Source: a virus. From it: 64,000 nucleotides of DNA. Every line of letters starts with the position of its first letter. Within the stretch, counting starts at the first letter, position 1. This document shows, piece after piece, positions 17,794-33,200 of the stretch. Under the pieces are notes generated by a model that was not told the origin of the DNA, ran no database searches, and worked only from the letters and a program-made list of their open reading frames with translations. The stretch is from positions 1 to 64,000 of IMG/VR virus record IMGVR_UViG_3300008107_005855; one strand, written 5' to 3'. A program made the position numbers and the translations under genes.

Positions 17794-20700
17794 ATGGCTA
17801 TAACCACACGTCAAACAAGTTTACTAGTACAGCAGGACTGGAAAAAACTATACCAGACATTTAAAGATGCTGACTTTCAGAGTTACGATTTTGAAACTCT
17901 GAGAAAAAGCATGATCGATTACTTACGATTATATTACCCCGAAGACTTTAATGATTACATCGAAAGCAGTGAATTTATTGCTCTGTTGGATCTTATAGCA
18001 TTTTTAGGGCAAAGTTTAGCGTTCAGAACAGATCTAAACGCTAGAGAAAACTTTTTAGACACAGCTGAGCGAAGAGACAGCATACTAAAATTAGCTCGAT
18101 TAATTAGTTATAACCCAAAACGTAATATACCTTCCAGCGGTCTACTTAAATTTGATAGTGTCAGTACTACTGAATCAGTTACTGACAGTAACGGCTTAAA
18201 TTTATCTAACCTTGTAGTTTCATGGAATGACAGTGCCAACGATAATTGGCAAGAGCAATTTAGTGCTATCCTAAATTCGGCGTTAATTAGTAGCCAGTCA
18301 GTTGGTGCACCAGGCAACAGTCAAATACTTAATTCTATCAAGACCGACGAGTATGCTGTTAATTTAATTCCTAATATTATACCAGTTTATAAATTTGAAA
18401 CAGTAGTCGATGGTTCAACCATGAAGTTCGAAGCAGTTGGCGCAACATCTGCTTACAAAACATTTATCTACGAAACAGATCCAAAGCCCACAGGCAAGTT
18501 TAACATTTTATATCGCAATGACAACTTGGGAAATAACAGTGTCAACACTGGATTTTTTGTTTATTTTAAACAAGGAGAATTGTCCTCAAGTGATTTTACG
18601 TTGACAGACAGCTTACCTAATAGGATTGTTAATATCAAAACTGAAAACATCAACAACTCTGATGTTTGGCTATACGAAGTTAATCCAACAGGGTCCACCG
18701 GATCGTTATGGAACCAAGTGCCTGCTATTGCCGGTATCAATCTGGTGTATAACAACATTGAAGATAAAAAGATCTATCAAGTAAACACCAAAGCAGGTGA
18801 TCAAATTGATTTAATTTTTGGAGACGGTGCATTTGCTACTATTCCGCAAGGCAATTATAGGTTATTCACTCGTGTGAGCAATGGCTTGTCGTACAAAATT
18901 ACTCCTGCAGAAATGCAAAGCATTGTAATTCCGTTGAGCTATGTTAGCCGTACAGGACGTATCGAAACGCTGACCATCAAGGCCAGTTTAAATTACACTG
19001 TGGCAAATGCAACTACAAGAGAATCATTGGAAGACATTCGTACTAAAGCACCACAACAGTACTATACACAAAATAGAATGATTACTGGCGAAGATTATAA
19101 TACTTTGCCTTACACAAATTATTCAAATGTTTTAAAAGTTAAAGCAGTTAACAGAACCAGCTCTGGCGTTAGTAGGTTTCTTGATGTATTAGACGCCACA
19201 GGAAAATATTCCAGTACCAATGTATTCTGTCAAGATGGCATACTGTACAAAAATAATGTAAGCGGCATCAATTATTTTAATTTTGCCACTGCTAACGATA
19301 TTAGAAAAGTGGTATTTGACACAGTAATACCAATATTAAACACAAAAGAAATGACGCATTTCTTTTATGACAAGTACCCTAGATTCCAATTATTGGCCGC
19401 AGGACTTCCTTATGTTAAATGGTACAAATACCCAGTTGGCAACGTATTGTTTGACGACTCAGGACTGAGTGGAGTATTTGCCAACATTGACACAGGTGAA
19501 CCTTACACAGTAGGCCCAGGAGTCAGTCCAAATTTAAGCTATTTGATCGAAGGAGCAATTGTTAAATTTGTTGCACCCAGTGGTCAATTCTTTGATACTC
19601 GCGGTCAATTGAGAACTGGAACCCCGGTGTACGACACAGAAACAACCGAGCTGTATGCATCCATAGTAATTCAAAACGGCCAAGACATTACTCTCAGTAG
19701 GATAATTCCAGCTGGCGCAATTGTTGATAATATTATTCCGGTATTTGAAAACAGTTTATCAGCTGACATTGTTGCCGAAACTGTTGATAATATCGGTCGT
19801 CTACAAAATTTTGGCATTGGATACAGTGTTACTCAAAATTCATATTACATTATCAGCAGAGAAAATTTAGATACAACTTCAGATTTTGATTTAACCTATG
19901 CAGGAAATACCAGTGGCACAGCTAAAGATGCCAGCTGGTTGATTAGTTTTATATACAGCAATCAACAGTATCAAATTAATTACCGAGGGTTAGAGTACAT
20001 TTTTGAAAGCAAAAAAGAAACTAAATTTTATTTTGATCCAGCAGTCAAAGTATTCGATGCTAAAACTGGATCAACAATCGTTGATCAAATTAATGTGTTA
20101 AAAGTAAACAGTGTTCCTGACTCAGCAAACCCATTGGGAATTGACATACGTTTTAACGTCTACGATAATATTGTAGAAAGCGACGGTTATGTTAACAATA
20201 ACAAAATAAAAATTACATTCACTGATTTAAATTTTGACGGAGTTCCGGACAACCCAGATATTTTTAATAAAATAGTTGCGCCCACTGTAAACCCTACTCG
20301 AAAATATGTATTTTTTAAACAGTTACTTGAGTATGGTAGTTTTATTCGACTGCAAGCAATTGATGCTAACAGCGTTGAAATTGCATTTACTACATTAGCA
20401 CAAATTCAATTGAATAAAAGTTTATATCCAGTTGGACAAATTTTCTATGCATCAATCGACGACAAGTTTTATGAATTGCAAACAGTCAATAACGATCGAG
20501 TAGCAGTCGAAGCATCAGGTTATATATACAAAACTGGACGAAGCGATTTGTATTTCCAGTATAGACATAATAGCCCAAGCTCAAGACGAATAGATCCTAG
20601 TCCAAATAATATCATGGACTTGTACTTGTTGACCACACAGTATGCCACAGATTACCAAGCCTGGATTCAAGATTCTACAAATACTGTGGCTGAACCGGCC

Positions 20701-21180
20701 ACGCCCACTAACGAAGAATTGAATCAAGAATTTAATGGACTAGAAAGTTTTAAACCATTGAGCGACACACTCATTTATAACAGTGCCAAATTCAAACCAA
20801 TCATTGGCAGTAGAAGCGATCCAGTTTTACAAGCAACATTTAAAGTTATCAAGAACCCATCTGTGGTTATCAGCGACAACGATATTAAAGTTGCAGTGAT
20901 ATCGGCAGTTAACAATTACTTTGACATTGCCAATTGGGATTTTGGCGAAGCATTTTATTTCAGTGAACTAAGTGCATATTTGCATAAACAGCTGACCCCA
21001 AATATCAGTTCTATTATCATAGTTCCAAAAAATAGTAGTCAGAAATTTGGTTCTCTCTATCAAATCAATGCAGAGCCCAACGAAATTATTGTTAGTTCTG
21101 CTACCGTAGCCGACGTTGAGATTATCAGCGCCATTACAGCAACACAAATCAACCAAGATTTACTAGGCTTAAATACATAA
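17794..21180 (+). CDS. gp6: Baseplate wedge subunit (T4 gp6-like)
   Basis: DFETLR...DLNARENFLDTAERRDSILKLARLISYNP; IFGDG; ESLEDIRTKAPQQYYTQNRMITGEDY. Confidence 0.88.
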   Translation: MAITTRQTSLLVQQDWKKLYQTFKDADFQSYDFETLRKSMIDYLRLYYPEDFNDYIESSEFIALLDLIAFLGQSLAFRTDLNARENFLDTAERRDSILKLARLISYNPKRNIPSSGLLKFDSVSTTESVTDSNGLNLSNLVVSWNDSANDNWQEQFSAILNSALISSQSVGAPGNSQILNSIKTDEYAVNLIPNIIPVYKFETVVDGSTMKFEAVGATSAYKTFIYETDPKPTGKFNILYRNDNLGNNSVNTGFFVYFKQGELSSSDFTLTDSLPNRIVNIKTENINNSDVWLYEVNPTGSTGSLWNQVPAIAGINLVYNNIEDKKIYQVNTKAGDQIDLIFGDGAFATIPQGNYRLFTRVSNGLSYKITPAEMQSIVIPLSYVSRTGRIETLTIKASLNYTVANATTRESLEDIRTKAPQQYYTQNRMITGEDYNTLPYTNYSNVLKVKAVNRTSSGVSRFLDVLDATGKYSSTNVFCQDGILYKNNVSGINYFNFATANDIRKVVFDTVIPILNTKEMTHFFYDKYPRFQLLAAGLPYVKWYKYPVGNVLFDDSGLSGVFANIDTGEPYTVGPGVSPNLSYLIEGAIVKFVAPSGQFFDTRGQLRTGTPVYDTETTELYASIVIQNGQDITLSRIIPAGAIVDNIIPVFENSLSADIVAETVDNIGRLQNFGIGYSVTQNSYYIISRENLDTTSDFDLTYAGNTSGTAKDASWLISFIYSNQQYQINYRGLEYIFESKKETKFYFDPAVKVFDAKTGSTIVDQINVLKVNSVPDSANPLGIDIRFNVYDNIVESDGYVNNNKIKITFTDLNFDGVPDNPDIFNKIVAPTVNPTRKYVFFKQLLEYGSFIRLQAIDANSVEIAFTTLAQIQLNKSLYPVGQIFYASIDDKFYELQTVNNDRVAVEASGYIYKTGRSDLYFQYRHNSPSSRRIDPSPNNIMDLYLLTTQYATDYQAWIQDSTNTVAEPATPTNEELNQEFNGLESFKPLSDTLIYNSAKFKPIIGSRSDPVLQATFKVIKNPSVVISDNDIKVAVISAVNNYFDIANWDFGEAFYFSELSAYLHKQLTPNISSIIIVPKNSSQKFGSLYQINAEPNEIIVSSATVADVEIISAITATQINQDLLGLNT

Positions 21181-21204
21181 TAATGTTTAAAACAGGATCA
21201 AACA

Positions 21205-24200
21205 ATGGCCGCAGTTAAGACGATTAATTTTCTACCTGAGGTTTTCCGCAGTAACGCAAATAAAAAATTTCTTACGGCTACCCTTGACCAGTTAGTTTCA
21301 GAACCTAACTTACAAAAAATCAATGGCTATGTTGGACGCCAGTTTGCGCCAACATATAAAAATACAGACAATTATATTATTGAACCTACTGCGGAACGTC
21401 AAGTCTATCAACTTGAACCCAGTCTGGTAGTTAAAGATAAATTAAACAATGTAAAATTTGTCGGCACTTACATTGATCTTTTACAAAAATTAAAATATCA
21501 TGGCGCCTTAACAGATAACCAAGACCGATTGTTTTCGGCTGAAAATTACAGTTTTAATCCGTCAATTGAATTTGATAAATTTATTAATTTTTCTCAATAT
21601 TATTGGTTGCCCAATGGACCGAATGCTGTCAGTGTTTCGGCCTTGCCAAAAAATACTTTAGTAACTGGTGTAGTTACAAGTACAGATTTATATTTCCGTA
21701 GACAAGAAAATCATTTTCAAGTTGAATACGAAGGGTCGACTACACAGCCCAACCCTACAATATATTTGCAAAGAGGGATAACTTATACATTATCCTTTGA
21801 ACAATCGGGCGGCAGTGCGTTTTGGATACAAACCGAACCGGGCCTCAGCGGGTATAAAAAACTTGAACCTACTGTCTCTAGTAGAAATGTATTGGGTGTT
21901 GCAAATAACGGGTCAACAGTATTACCAATATCGTTTACTCCTCCACTAATTGACGCACAAGACCAATATAATACCATGGAATTGGTACAACCAGTTGCTG
22001 GCAGAAATGTTGACTATGCTACTGAATTGGCATATAATCAGATTCACAATCGTACATTGGCCGAATTGTCTGTCATTGGTGGTATTGCAGGTGCTGATAC
22101 CAATCTAAATGGAAAATTTTTAATATTTTTGCCACCAACGCAGGATTTTGTTTCTGCATATTCTGACAACGGCCTGTTTGACTACGACCCCGAAGGGTTT
22201 GATGGATTTAAATTTGATGGCGGTCGCTTAGTACCACGCACTGTATTAGCAAATTATCAACCATTCAATCCATGGGAATCGGTTGGTTTGTATGATGCAT
22301 ATAATTATGAACAAAGCGGATATGGATTCGATGAAGGATTTCAGCCCGACCTAGCTGTTGGAAGTGGTGTTGAAGTACCTCTTGCACAAAGAGGCGGAAT
22401 GTGGCGAATCAATTTAGTTACCGCAGACGATGGCCAAAGCACCATAGTAAAGTTAAGTCCAGCCGGCGATGTACCGTACAGAAATAAAGTTTACATAACT
22501 TCGGGTAGCCAGACTGGAAAAAGTTATTTTAAAAACACTGCGGGTGTATTTGAAAAAATCCCCGACATTACCGCAACATTAGATACATTATATTATCAAG
22601 ATGGATCCAATTCAAGACGTGTTGGTGTAATCAAATTAATAGATCCTTTAGACATTAGTTTAAACATTGAAGAACAAATAATTGGGTTAAAAAGCTATAC
22701 TAGTCCCAATGGAGTTGAGTTCACCAATGGGCTAATGCTTCAATTTGATGATACAGTGACTCCTGCAATTTATCAAGATGGGTACTGGATTGTTGAAGGT
22801 GTTGGGCAGTCTATTAAATTAGTTAGATTTGCCAACTTAACTACTCCAGAAGAAAACATTGGAAATACAAATACAGCATTTGATTCTAATCCGTACGATA
22901 GCACCGATTTTGATGTTGATTCTGGTACCCCCGGAACACCAGATTATATTACCATTAATAGATCTAGTATCGACGGCAACGCCTGGAGTCGTAGCAATCG
23001 TTGGTTCCACATTGACGTAATTAAGAAGATAGCCGAGTACACAAATTCAATACCTTTGTTTAATCAGTTGTCTAGAGCCAACCGTCCTATTATAGAGTTT
23101 AATGCCGACATTGATCTGATCAATCATGGCAAAGTTTTTAAAGCACCGATTGACACAATTAACTTTAGCGTAACAGATATTTTTAATCAAATTGAAAATA
23201 AACCAATTGGGTACGAGTTAGATGGTGTTGTGCTTGATGGTGGCATACGTATAATTTTTGCCAACAGCGCCGACGCTTTGTATAAAAATAAAATTTATAC
23301 TATAACGGTAAAAGAAATAGCTGGATTAAAAAATATACACCTTGAACTGGCAGACGACTATCAAATTGAAAGTGGACATCAGATTATTGTCACCAATGGT
23401 ACTTACAAAGGCAACAGTTACTACTTCGACGGCAGCACTTGGCAACGTAGCCAAGAAAAAACAAAAGTCAATCAACCACCTTTGTTTGATATGTTTGACA
23501 CCAACGGAATAAGTTTTGCAGACAATGAACGGTATTACGGAACTACGTTTGCAGGAACAAAATTGTTTTCTTATTCTATTGGCACCGGTAGCAACGATGC
23601 TTACCTAGGGTTCCCTTTAAAATATCAAAATTTTAACCAAATTGGTGATATTGTATTTGAAAACAATTTTGATACTGATACCTTTACTTACTTGGAAGGC
23701 AGTGCCACCGTGCCAGTGCCAGTCAACCGAGGTTATGTTGGATTTAATGTTGGATTAACTGACAAAATTTATAAAAACAATTGGACTACTAACGAACACG
23801 AAAGTAGACAATATCAAGTCATTACATATTTTTACAATGATACTCGATATTTTGAAATTGACATTAGTCCAATGGAAGGCGCTCATAACAAAGTTTTTGT
23901 AAACAACAAGTACATAAACCAAAATAATTATACTATCTCTAAAGTTAACAATATCAAGGTACTAATATTAAACAATTCTGTTAACCTGGCGGTAGGAGAC
24001 AAAATTGATATTTTAATTCACAGTGATAGTGTAAGTGATATTGGATATTTTCAAGTCCCTGACAACTTGGATCTTAATGCTGAAAATAAAGACTTTTCAA
24101 CATTGACATTGGGACAGTTGCGAAACCACGTGGCAGTAAAAGCAACAAACAATACTGACATCGTAGGAACTGTTCCGGGGGTAAGTAACCTCAGAGATCT

Positions 24201-27200
24201 GGACGTTGCCAATACCAGCGGCAGTATCTTACAACATTCAAGCAGTCTACTATATCCGTCGTTGTTTGTAACAAATAACGAAATGAATTTTTTCCAAGGC
24301 ATTGAATATGCAGAAAAAGAATACACTAAATTTAAAAATAAATTTTTAGAGTTAGCGGTTAAAAATTCATATGATGTGTCTGATGTTCCAGGAACAGTTG
24401 ATAAAATTTTAACTGAGATTAACAAATATAAAACTAATGCCTTTCCTTGGTACTATAGCGACATGGTGCCATATACTGCAAACCAAAGAACTGTTTTACC
24501 AACTTATACCATACTTGACACTCAAATCAAAGAGTATGAAATTACCAGTATATTCAATGACAAAGAACTTGGCAACAAATCAGTATTGGTGTACTATACT
24601 CCCACAACACTTACTACATTTTCAACAATAACTACAGGATCAAATGTAATTTTAGTTGATATTGACACTATCAGCGCAGGGCTAGTAAACATCAGTATAC
24701 CAACAGCGTACCAGCGTACCTACATTGGGCAAGGTTTGTCGGGCCCGGGTATTCAACCTGGTACTAAAATTGTAGCAGTTGATTTTACAAGTTTGACTAT
24801 TACTATGGATAAGCCAGCAACATTAACTGGCAAGTTTCAATTAAGTACAGTTCCTACAACAAAACTATTAGTTAAAGATTATGACTACAGTTTTAATCCT
24901 ATTAGACCTACTATTACACTAGATCCTGCATTTTATACATTTCCTAATGATCAATTGACTATAATTGAATACAATAATACTGATGGCAACTTTGTTCCAG
25001 AGACACCAACCAAACTAGGTCTATATCCCAAGTTCAGACCCAGCATTTATACAGATAATACCTATCAAACTCCTATAGCAGTGATTCAAGGGCACGACGG
25101 TAGTATTACTCCTGCGTTCGATGATTACCGAGATGATTTGTTATTAGAACTTGAAATAAGAATTTATAACAATATAAAAGTCAATTACAATCCAGAAATT
25201 TTTAACATTAAAGAAATTATTCCAGGAAAATCTAGAACAACTGATTATTCATTGAAAGAATTTAATCAAGTATTGGGCAGATCCTTTTTGCGCTGGGCCG
25301 GAGATCAACAGGTTGATTTTACCAATAACACTACGTTTGACATTGGCAATCCTTGGACCTGGAATTATAAAAAATTCAGAGATGTAATTGATGGCGAGCG
25401 TGCTCCGGGGTTCTGGAGAGGAATATTCAAGTATCTTTACGACACAGACAGACCCCACACCAACCCATGGGAAATGTTTGGATTTAGTATAGAGCCAATT
25501 TGGTGGTCTACTAGATATGGATCGGCTCCGTACACAGGAAAAAATGCACAGCTATGGGAAGATGTAAGAACTGGTTATATAGCCGAACCAGGAAATGAAA
25601 GAAACGATGTTTTATATGCAAGACCAAACATTAAGAAAATTATTCCAATTGACGAATATGGTTTACTAAGAAGCCCTGATCAATTTTTGTCAGCTGACAT
25701 CGACTCCACCAAAGTCGGCGGCTCCTTTGCAATTGGAGACCTTGGGCCAGTAGAAGCCGCTTGGCACAGAAGCAGTAATTATCCGTTTGCTGTGCAACAG
25801 GCAATGGCTTTGTTGAAACCTGGAGTTTACTTTAGCAAACTAATTAATACCAACAATTATAATAACAATAATGTTGTCCAACAGTTTGCAATGTCAGATA
25901 CACAAAGAAGATTGACTCCAAAGACAGTTGTTTTAAATGGCGAAGAAGTCAACGGAGCTATTTCAAGAGCGTCTGGATATGCCGGATACATAACAAATTA
26001 TTTAAAATACAAAGGTATAGATCCGTTCCTGGCCGACGGAACAGGTTTTAGTGTTAGAAACTATTTGAATAACATTGGTATACAGCTTGGTTATAAGGTC
26101 GGCGGCTACACAGATAAAAAGTTGTTGAAAGTTCTAGCTGAACACAGTAGCCCGGGTAGCACCAACGAAAGTGTCATTATACCAGATGAAAACTATCAGG
26201 TTATATTGAATAAATCGTCGCCAACTAAACGTCTTGTTTATAGTGCAGTGTTAGTTCAAAGAACAACCAGTGGATATTCTGTATCTGGGTACAATTTAAA
26301 TTATCCTTTTTTTACAATTATTCCTAGTTTACAAAATGGCAACAAGTATACAGTTTCGCAACTACAAGAAACTGCAACTATCTATAGAGATTATCAAAAT
26401 GTAAAGCTGACAGTTCCATACGGGTACGAATTTAATACCAGACAAGAGCTTGTGGATTTCTTAGTAAGCTACGGAAGATTTTTAACAAGCCAGGGTTTAT
26501 TGTTCGACGAATTTGATACAGAACTAAAAGAGCGTCCAGATTTTGTATTGAGTGCAAAAGAATTTTTAGCATGGAGTCAACAAGGTTGGAAAGCAAATAA
26601 TATTATTGTGCTGAACCCAATTGTAAACAGTTTAACTGTGTTGACCAGAGACAGTGTGGTTGACCAAATTGAAAATGCTATGTCGGGCACTAAACTGCTT
26701 GATCAAGAATTTAATATTATCAAAACAAGTCAATTGACGGTACTCAGAGAAGAAGACAGGTTCTCGGTTAAAACTATAAACAATGTACCGATTGCACTGG
26801 CTGAACTGAACTTGGTTCAATACGAACACGTATTATTGTTTGACAATAGCACTGTTTTTAACGATGTTATATATGCTCCTGAATTGGGAAATAGACAGTC
26901 ACGATTAAAACTAATTGGATCTAAGACATCAAATTGGACAGGAAAATTAAATCCACCGGGATTCATTTATAACTCTGCAGACATTGCCAGCTGGCAACCT
27001 GGCGCAGATTATAGAAAAGGTTCGCTAATTGAATTTAAGAACAACTATTATGTAGCACTAGATAATCTAGATGCTGTTGATAAATTTGATTCGTCAAAAT
27101 GGCAATTCATTGATAAAGAACAAATTAAAACAGGGTTGTTGCCAAACTTTGCCACAAATGCCAAACAGTTTGAGAACTTTTACGACTCCGACGACCGTCC

Positions 27201-30200
27201 ATCAAATGAAGATATTGATAAGTTTGGAGCCGGGTTAATTGGATTCAGAGAAAGAAGTTACCTCAGCGATTTAAATGTCGACTCTGGAACTCAATTGAAG
27301 TTTTATCAAGGGTTGTTAAAACAAAAAGGCACGTTAAATTCTATACAGGCGTTGACTACAGCAACATTTAGCAACCTTGGCGGAAATCTTGATTTATACG
27401 AAGAGTGGGCAATCAGAGTTGGTGAATATGGAGCATTGGACATTAATCAATTCTTTGAAATTGATGTTACTCCAGATGTAGCCAAACTGACCACATTGTT
27501 GTCCAACGACAATACCACTATCAAAGACACTGTGGTAGTTGGTGAAACTGAATTATACAAAAAATCAAATCAATTCCAAACTGATTTTGCAAGAATACGA
27601 GATAGAAAATCCTTTTATGATGATGACATTGCCACTGCTGGATTTGTAAATCTTGACGACATTGATACTACTATTTTTGATATGACATCGTACAATGATC
27701 TTGAAGATGTACTTTCCGAGATGGGCAGTGGATATAAAATTTGGGTGGCAAAAGACTTTGATAAAAACTGGAACGTGTATAGAGTATCCGAGACTGGTAA
27801 CTTTGTATCAACGATAAGTTACAGTCTTGACAATCTTATCAAGATTGAAACAGTAGCACCGCATAATTTTGTCGGCGGGGAAGTAGTTGCTATAAAAAAT
27901 CTTGATCCAAGATTCAATGGTGTGTATCGAGTGTTGAGTGTAATAGACTTAAACAATTTTATTACAGTGGCTTATAAAAATGTTGAAGCAATCATTGACG
28001 CTCCGGTAACAGGTAATGGTACTCTGTTAAAGTTAGAATCAATGCGCTTTACATCAATAACAGATGCAAAAGAATTTGCTCCGTTAAATGGCTGGAAAGA
28101 CAAAGATAAATTATTTGTTGAAGTAGCCAGCGAGGATGGCAAATGGGGCGTGTACGATAAAACAGAACCATTTACATTTAAAGAAACAATAACTAAACTT
28201 CGTCCTGACTATCTAGCCGGTGGTGGCGAAGAGTTTGGTCACTCTATTGCATTAAACAACATTAATAGTTTGATGTTTGTTGGCGAGCCAGGCAACCTAT
28301 TAGGGGCAGTACGTGTCTACACTAAAGATCCGCTGGGCAATTTTAATTTCACAACGTCATTGTTCCCGTCAATAGTTGGTGCAGGAAGATTTGGACATAG
28401 TGTAGCATTGGGTAATAGAATTGGTGTGGTTGGCGCACCCGGTACTAGCAGTAACACCGGTGCTGTTGTAATATATGAACAAATTGCAGGAAACGTGCTT
28501 TCGTTGAAGCAAACATTAACACCGCCAAATCAACGACCTTCAACCACAGAAGCAGAATTTGGATATAGCGTAGCCATCAGTGACGATGATCGATGGGTCT
28601 ATATTGGCGCCCCGGGCGATAACTCTGTACATGCATACGGCTTGAGATATGCTGAAGAAATCATTGACAATTTTACAACCACAGCCGGAGTAACACAATA
28701 TTTCTTACCATTCACTCCGGTCGACCCTGATAGTGTAACTCTTATTAGTAGCCAACGGGCACTGATATTAAACATAGACTACACTATCTCTGCTGGAAAT
28801 CAAGTTGACTTTTTAACTACTGTCTTTAATGACACAATAGTTGCAATACAAACTTCTTATTTTACCTATAGTTATACATTAAAAATTGACAACTTCATGT
28901 ACGAAACTCAAGATGTTGATAGATTTGGACATAGTGTAAAATGCAATTCTGTTGGTAATGAAATATTAGTCACTGCTCCTAAACGTGCAATATATGCAGC
29001 CACCAAAGACTCGTTACGCACTGGCCAATCATTGACCGGTGATAGTGTCATTGATGCAGGACAAGCATATATTTTTAGTCGCTCAACCGAAGTATTTAAT
29101 ACAGTAACAGAAACCAGAGTAGTTACACCACGCAGAAATATTCCTGCCACACACTCAGTTAGAGTTAACGGAGTGTTGTTGGTCGAAGGCCTGCAAAATG
29201 ACTATAACATTGGTAGCAATTCAATATTCTTTTCATCACCAATTCCTAGCGGATATAGAGTAGAAGTAGACACAAACGTTTTTAACTTGGAATCTGCTAT
29301 AACAGCAGATACTCCGACTATATATGCACAGTTTGGTTATAGCGGACAAATTACAAAGAATAGCACACGTATAGCAATCGGAGAACCGTACTATGCTCAA
29401 GGATCATATAGAAGCGGGCGTGTACACGATTTCTTGGCGACCAAGGTTAAAAAATATGTAATGGGACGAGTGCCCGATCCAGTTGTGCATGATGCCAGTG
29501 GTGCGTTAATTATCAATGATGTTTATGTACCAATTGGCAGTTACTTGACCACACCGCAGGGCATTGTAAATCAAATTAATTCTGCCAGAATTCCAGGCGT
29601 TACAGCCGAATTGGTTACAAGAGCTAAAGAATCTTCTGATTATACACTGACAGATCTTGGTTATGCAACAATGTCAGGTGACAATGTATGGGCAAAAACA
29701 GCAATTGCAGAAACCGAAATTGGCAATTCTGCACAATTCGTCAAAATTAATTCCATAGGAGAACTAACAATCAATGTTGATTCTGGTTATCCAATACTAT
29801 GGCTTGGCTTGAATCAATTTGACAACGAGGATACATTGCTAAAACCATATGAAAGCACTGATCAAGAGTATTTTGGAACATCAGTGGCCATTGTTGAAGA
29901 GACTAATCAGATTTTAGTAGGAAGCCAAAGCGGCACCACAGTCAATGAATTAATGTTTGAAACTAATTTCACTGTTGATAAAGGAATTACAACATTCTAC
30001 GATTCAATAATCGACAGTGGCTCGGTGTATGCATACGACTATCTTGTAGACTATCTGACTAACAAAAACGTTTATGTATTCGGGCAACAATTGTCTCCAG
30101 CAAACATTAATAGCAATGAAGATTTTGGCAGATCGATTGCAGTAAACTTAGGAGAAATTTTAATTGGTTCTCCTGTTGATAGCACTATAGTAGCAGCCGG

Positions 30201-33200
30201 CGGAGTTATCAGTAAGTTTGAGAACTTGGAAGGAAAGTCTGGTTGGGATCTGATTAGGTCCGAAGAAGACAAAGTTGATGTAAGTAATATTCTAAAACTA
30301 TTCTTATACAATAAAGAAACTAAAAAAATTAGTTCTTACCTAGATTTTATCAATCCAATTGCTGGAAGAATTTTAGGAATAGCAGACCAAGACTTGGATT
30401 ATAAAACAGTATACGATCCAGCATCTTATAACAAAGTATCAAGGACAACTGTTTCAAATAACAGTGATTATTATTGGACCGAAAACTATGTTGGAAAACT
30501 TTGGTGGAATTTAGACCTGGTCAAATACATAGACTATGAGCAAGGCGAACTATTATATAGAGCAAAAAATTGGTCTAGAGTATTCCCTGGCTCAACAATA
30601 CAAGTCAATGAATGGATAGAAAGTTCAGTGTTACCAAGTCAATATGTTGCCAATGGTGGCGATGGTACTCCTGTGTACCCGGACAATTCTGCCTACGTTG
30701 AAGATACCTACGTTGATTCCAGAACTGGAATAATTAAAACAAAATATTTTTACTGGGTAAGTGGCCGTAAAGGAATTAACACTAACAGTTCTAAAACAAG
30801 TAGCGCCGCTACTATACAAAACTTGATTGAGTTCCCAGAAGAGCAGGGAATAACTTATGCGGCAGTTATTAAAAATAATGCATTTAAATTATTTGGACTA
30901 GGAAACATTGGTACAGATCTGGTATTGCATGTAGACTATGAGATTGAAGCCAACAGCAATAATACCATACATGCAGAATATCAGCTGGTTAAACAAGGAA
31001 GTCCTGACAGCGAAATTCCGGCTAGCTTGTATGATAAAATGATCGACAGTCTAACAGGATTTGATAAGCTAGGACAAACTGTTCCAGATCCAAAACTACT
31101 AGACGCTGACAAAATTGGCCCAAGTATCAGACCAAGACAAACATTGGTACTAGACAAAATCAGCGCCATACGAAACTTAGTTGGGTATGTTAATAACATA
31201 TTAATTAAGAATCCGATAGTTGAAAGATTTGATATATCAAAACTTTTAAGTGCTGAACCTAAGCCTAATGCACCTCGGCGCACATATGATGCTGTATTAC
31301 AAAAAATGGTAGTATCTGGCGAGTGGCATAAAACTGTAAATGCAATTGAAGAACTTGAATATCTTGACATAGATGAATTAACATCTTCAATTCCTGCATC
31401 AGAGACACCTCGCGTTTTAATTAACAGTGTTCCGACTTTAGATGGCTTATGGGCTATATATCAATACGATGCTGTAACACAAGGGTGGAATCTATATAGA
31501 ATACAATCTTATAACACTCCAGAAACATGGGAATACACCGACTGGTATGCTAGCGATTATGACCCAACACAAGCTACAACCTATGTTGTGGAGCAGTACA
31601 AAGATGTTAAGGCTATAAAATTTGCTATAGGCGAGACAGTTAAAGTCAACGATGGCGGCCAAGGAAAATTTGTAATTTATCGGGTCAATGGCAAACTTAG
31701 ATTAGACCCAGTCGGTTACGAAAACGGCACACTACAGTTAAATTCTTCTTTTTATGATGTTGCCAGCAGTGGCACAGCATTTGATGGTGGAAACTTTGAT
31801 ACATTCCGATTTGATCAGAATAACAGCACTGAATTGCGTTATGTAATGGAAAGTATCAGAGATCAGTTGTTCACTGGTTATCTGTCAGATGAATTTAGTA
31901 ATTTGTTCTTTGTGTTAATTAATTACATACTAAGCGAACAAGTTAGTGTTGACTGGATTTTCAAATCTAGTTTTATTAGTGTGGTACACAAATTAAGAAA
32001 ACTTGCACAGTATCCTAGTTATATCAGTGATAATCAAAATTACTATGAAGATTACATCAATGAAGTCAAACCATACAGAACTAAAATTAGAGATTATCTA
32101 ATTTCATATGATGGTTTAGATGTGGTGCCAAATGACGTAACGGATTTTGACGCGGCACCAGTGTATAATTTTACCACTGGCAAATATTACAAACCGGCAT
32201 TGTCGGCCGCACTACAATCATTATCTAAGTTTAGTGTAGAATCTTTGATAGTTGGCGCAGGCGGCAGCGGATTTAGTTCAGAACCAATTATAACTATTAG
32301 TGCGCCCGATGACGCAACTGGTACTCGTGCCAGAGCTCGAGCTTTGATTGACCAGGTTACAGGTAGCATCATTGATGTTATTTTGTTGGACGGAGGATCT
32401 GGGTATTCGTCTACTCCGACCGTTACAATAAATGGAGATGGCACCGGAGCAATTGTTTATGCACAATTGGGTAACAGTCCAATTCGTAGTATGAAAACTG
32501 AAATAAAGTTTGACAGGGTTTCGTATACCAGTGATGTTAAAAGATGGCCTGCTCCTTTCCGCCCAGGTAACACAGACTACAGCGGACCAAATCCTCAATT
32601 TGCAAATATAACTTATTCACCGGGTGATATTGTTGGCGCTGATGGTGTAGCATATCAACGGAGCGTGACCAATGGCAACATTACGTTATTTCCAATAGTA
32701 GACAAATTTACTCCTGGCGAATTTAACGTATATAGTGCCGAGAACTTTACAACAGCTGGGGACAGAATATCTGCATACTATGTCACTGGACACGAGAACA
32801 GTGAATACGATCCTGCAAACCCAACTTCATATATACAAAAAGTTGACTTGGCCGCAGTTGTCCCAGGAGTTGAATATCCAGGAAATAAAATACAAGGTCT
32901 ACGTTTCCAGACAGACAGAGCTGAAGTTGTAATACCAATTTCGACACAGACAACATACTATGGGAATGGAGTAGTGTCTGGCACTACCACTATACCATTT
33001 ACTTGGTGGAGTTCTAATTCTACAATCACATCAACGGTACCGGTCAGCGGCACTGGTTCTATTTTCTATCATGCACCCGGATTGCCAGAAGAATTATATC
33101 CAAGTGTCGATAACCCTAAAGCTAAAAAAGTAGCTTCCGGGGACTTTACACTAACTGCAATACCAAATTCGGGTTATCGAGGTTTAACAGTTTGGCAGTC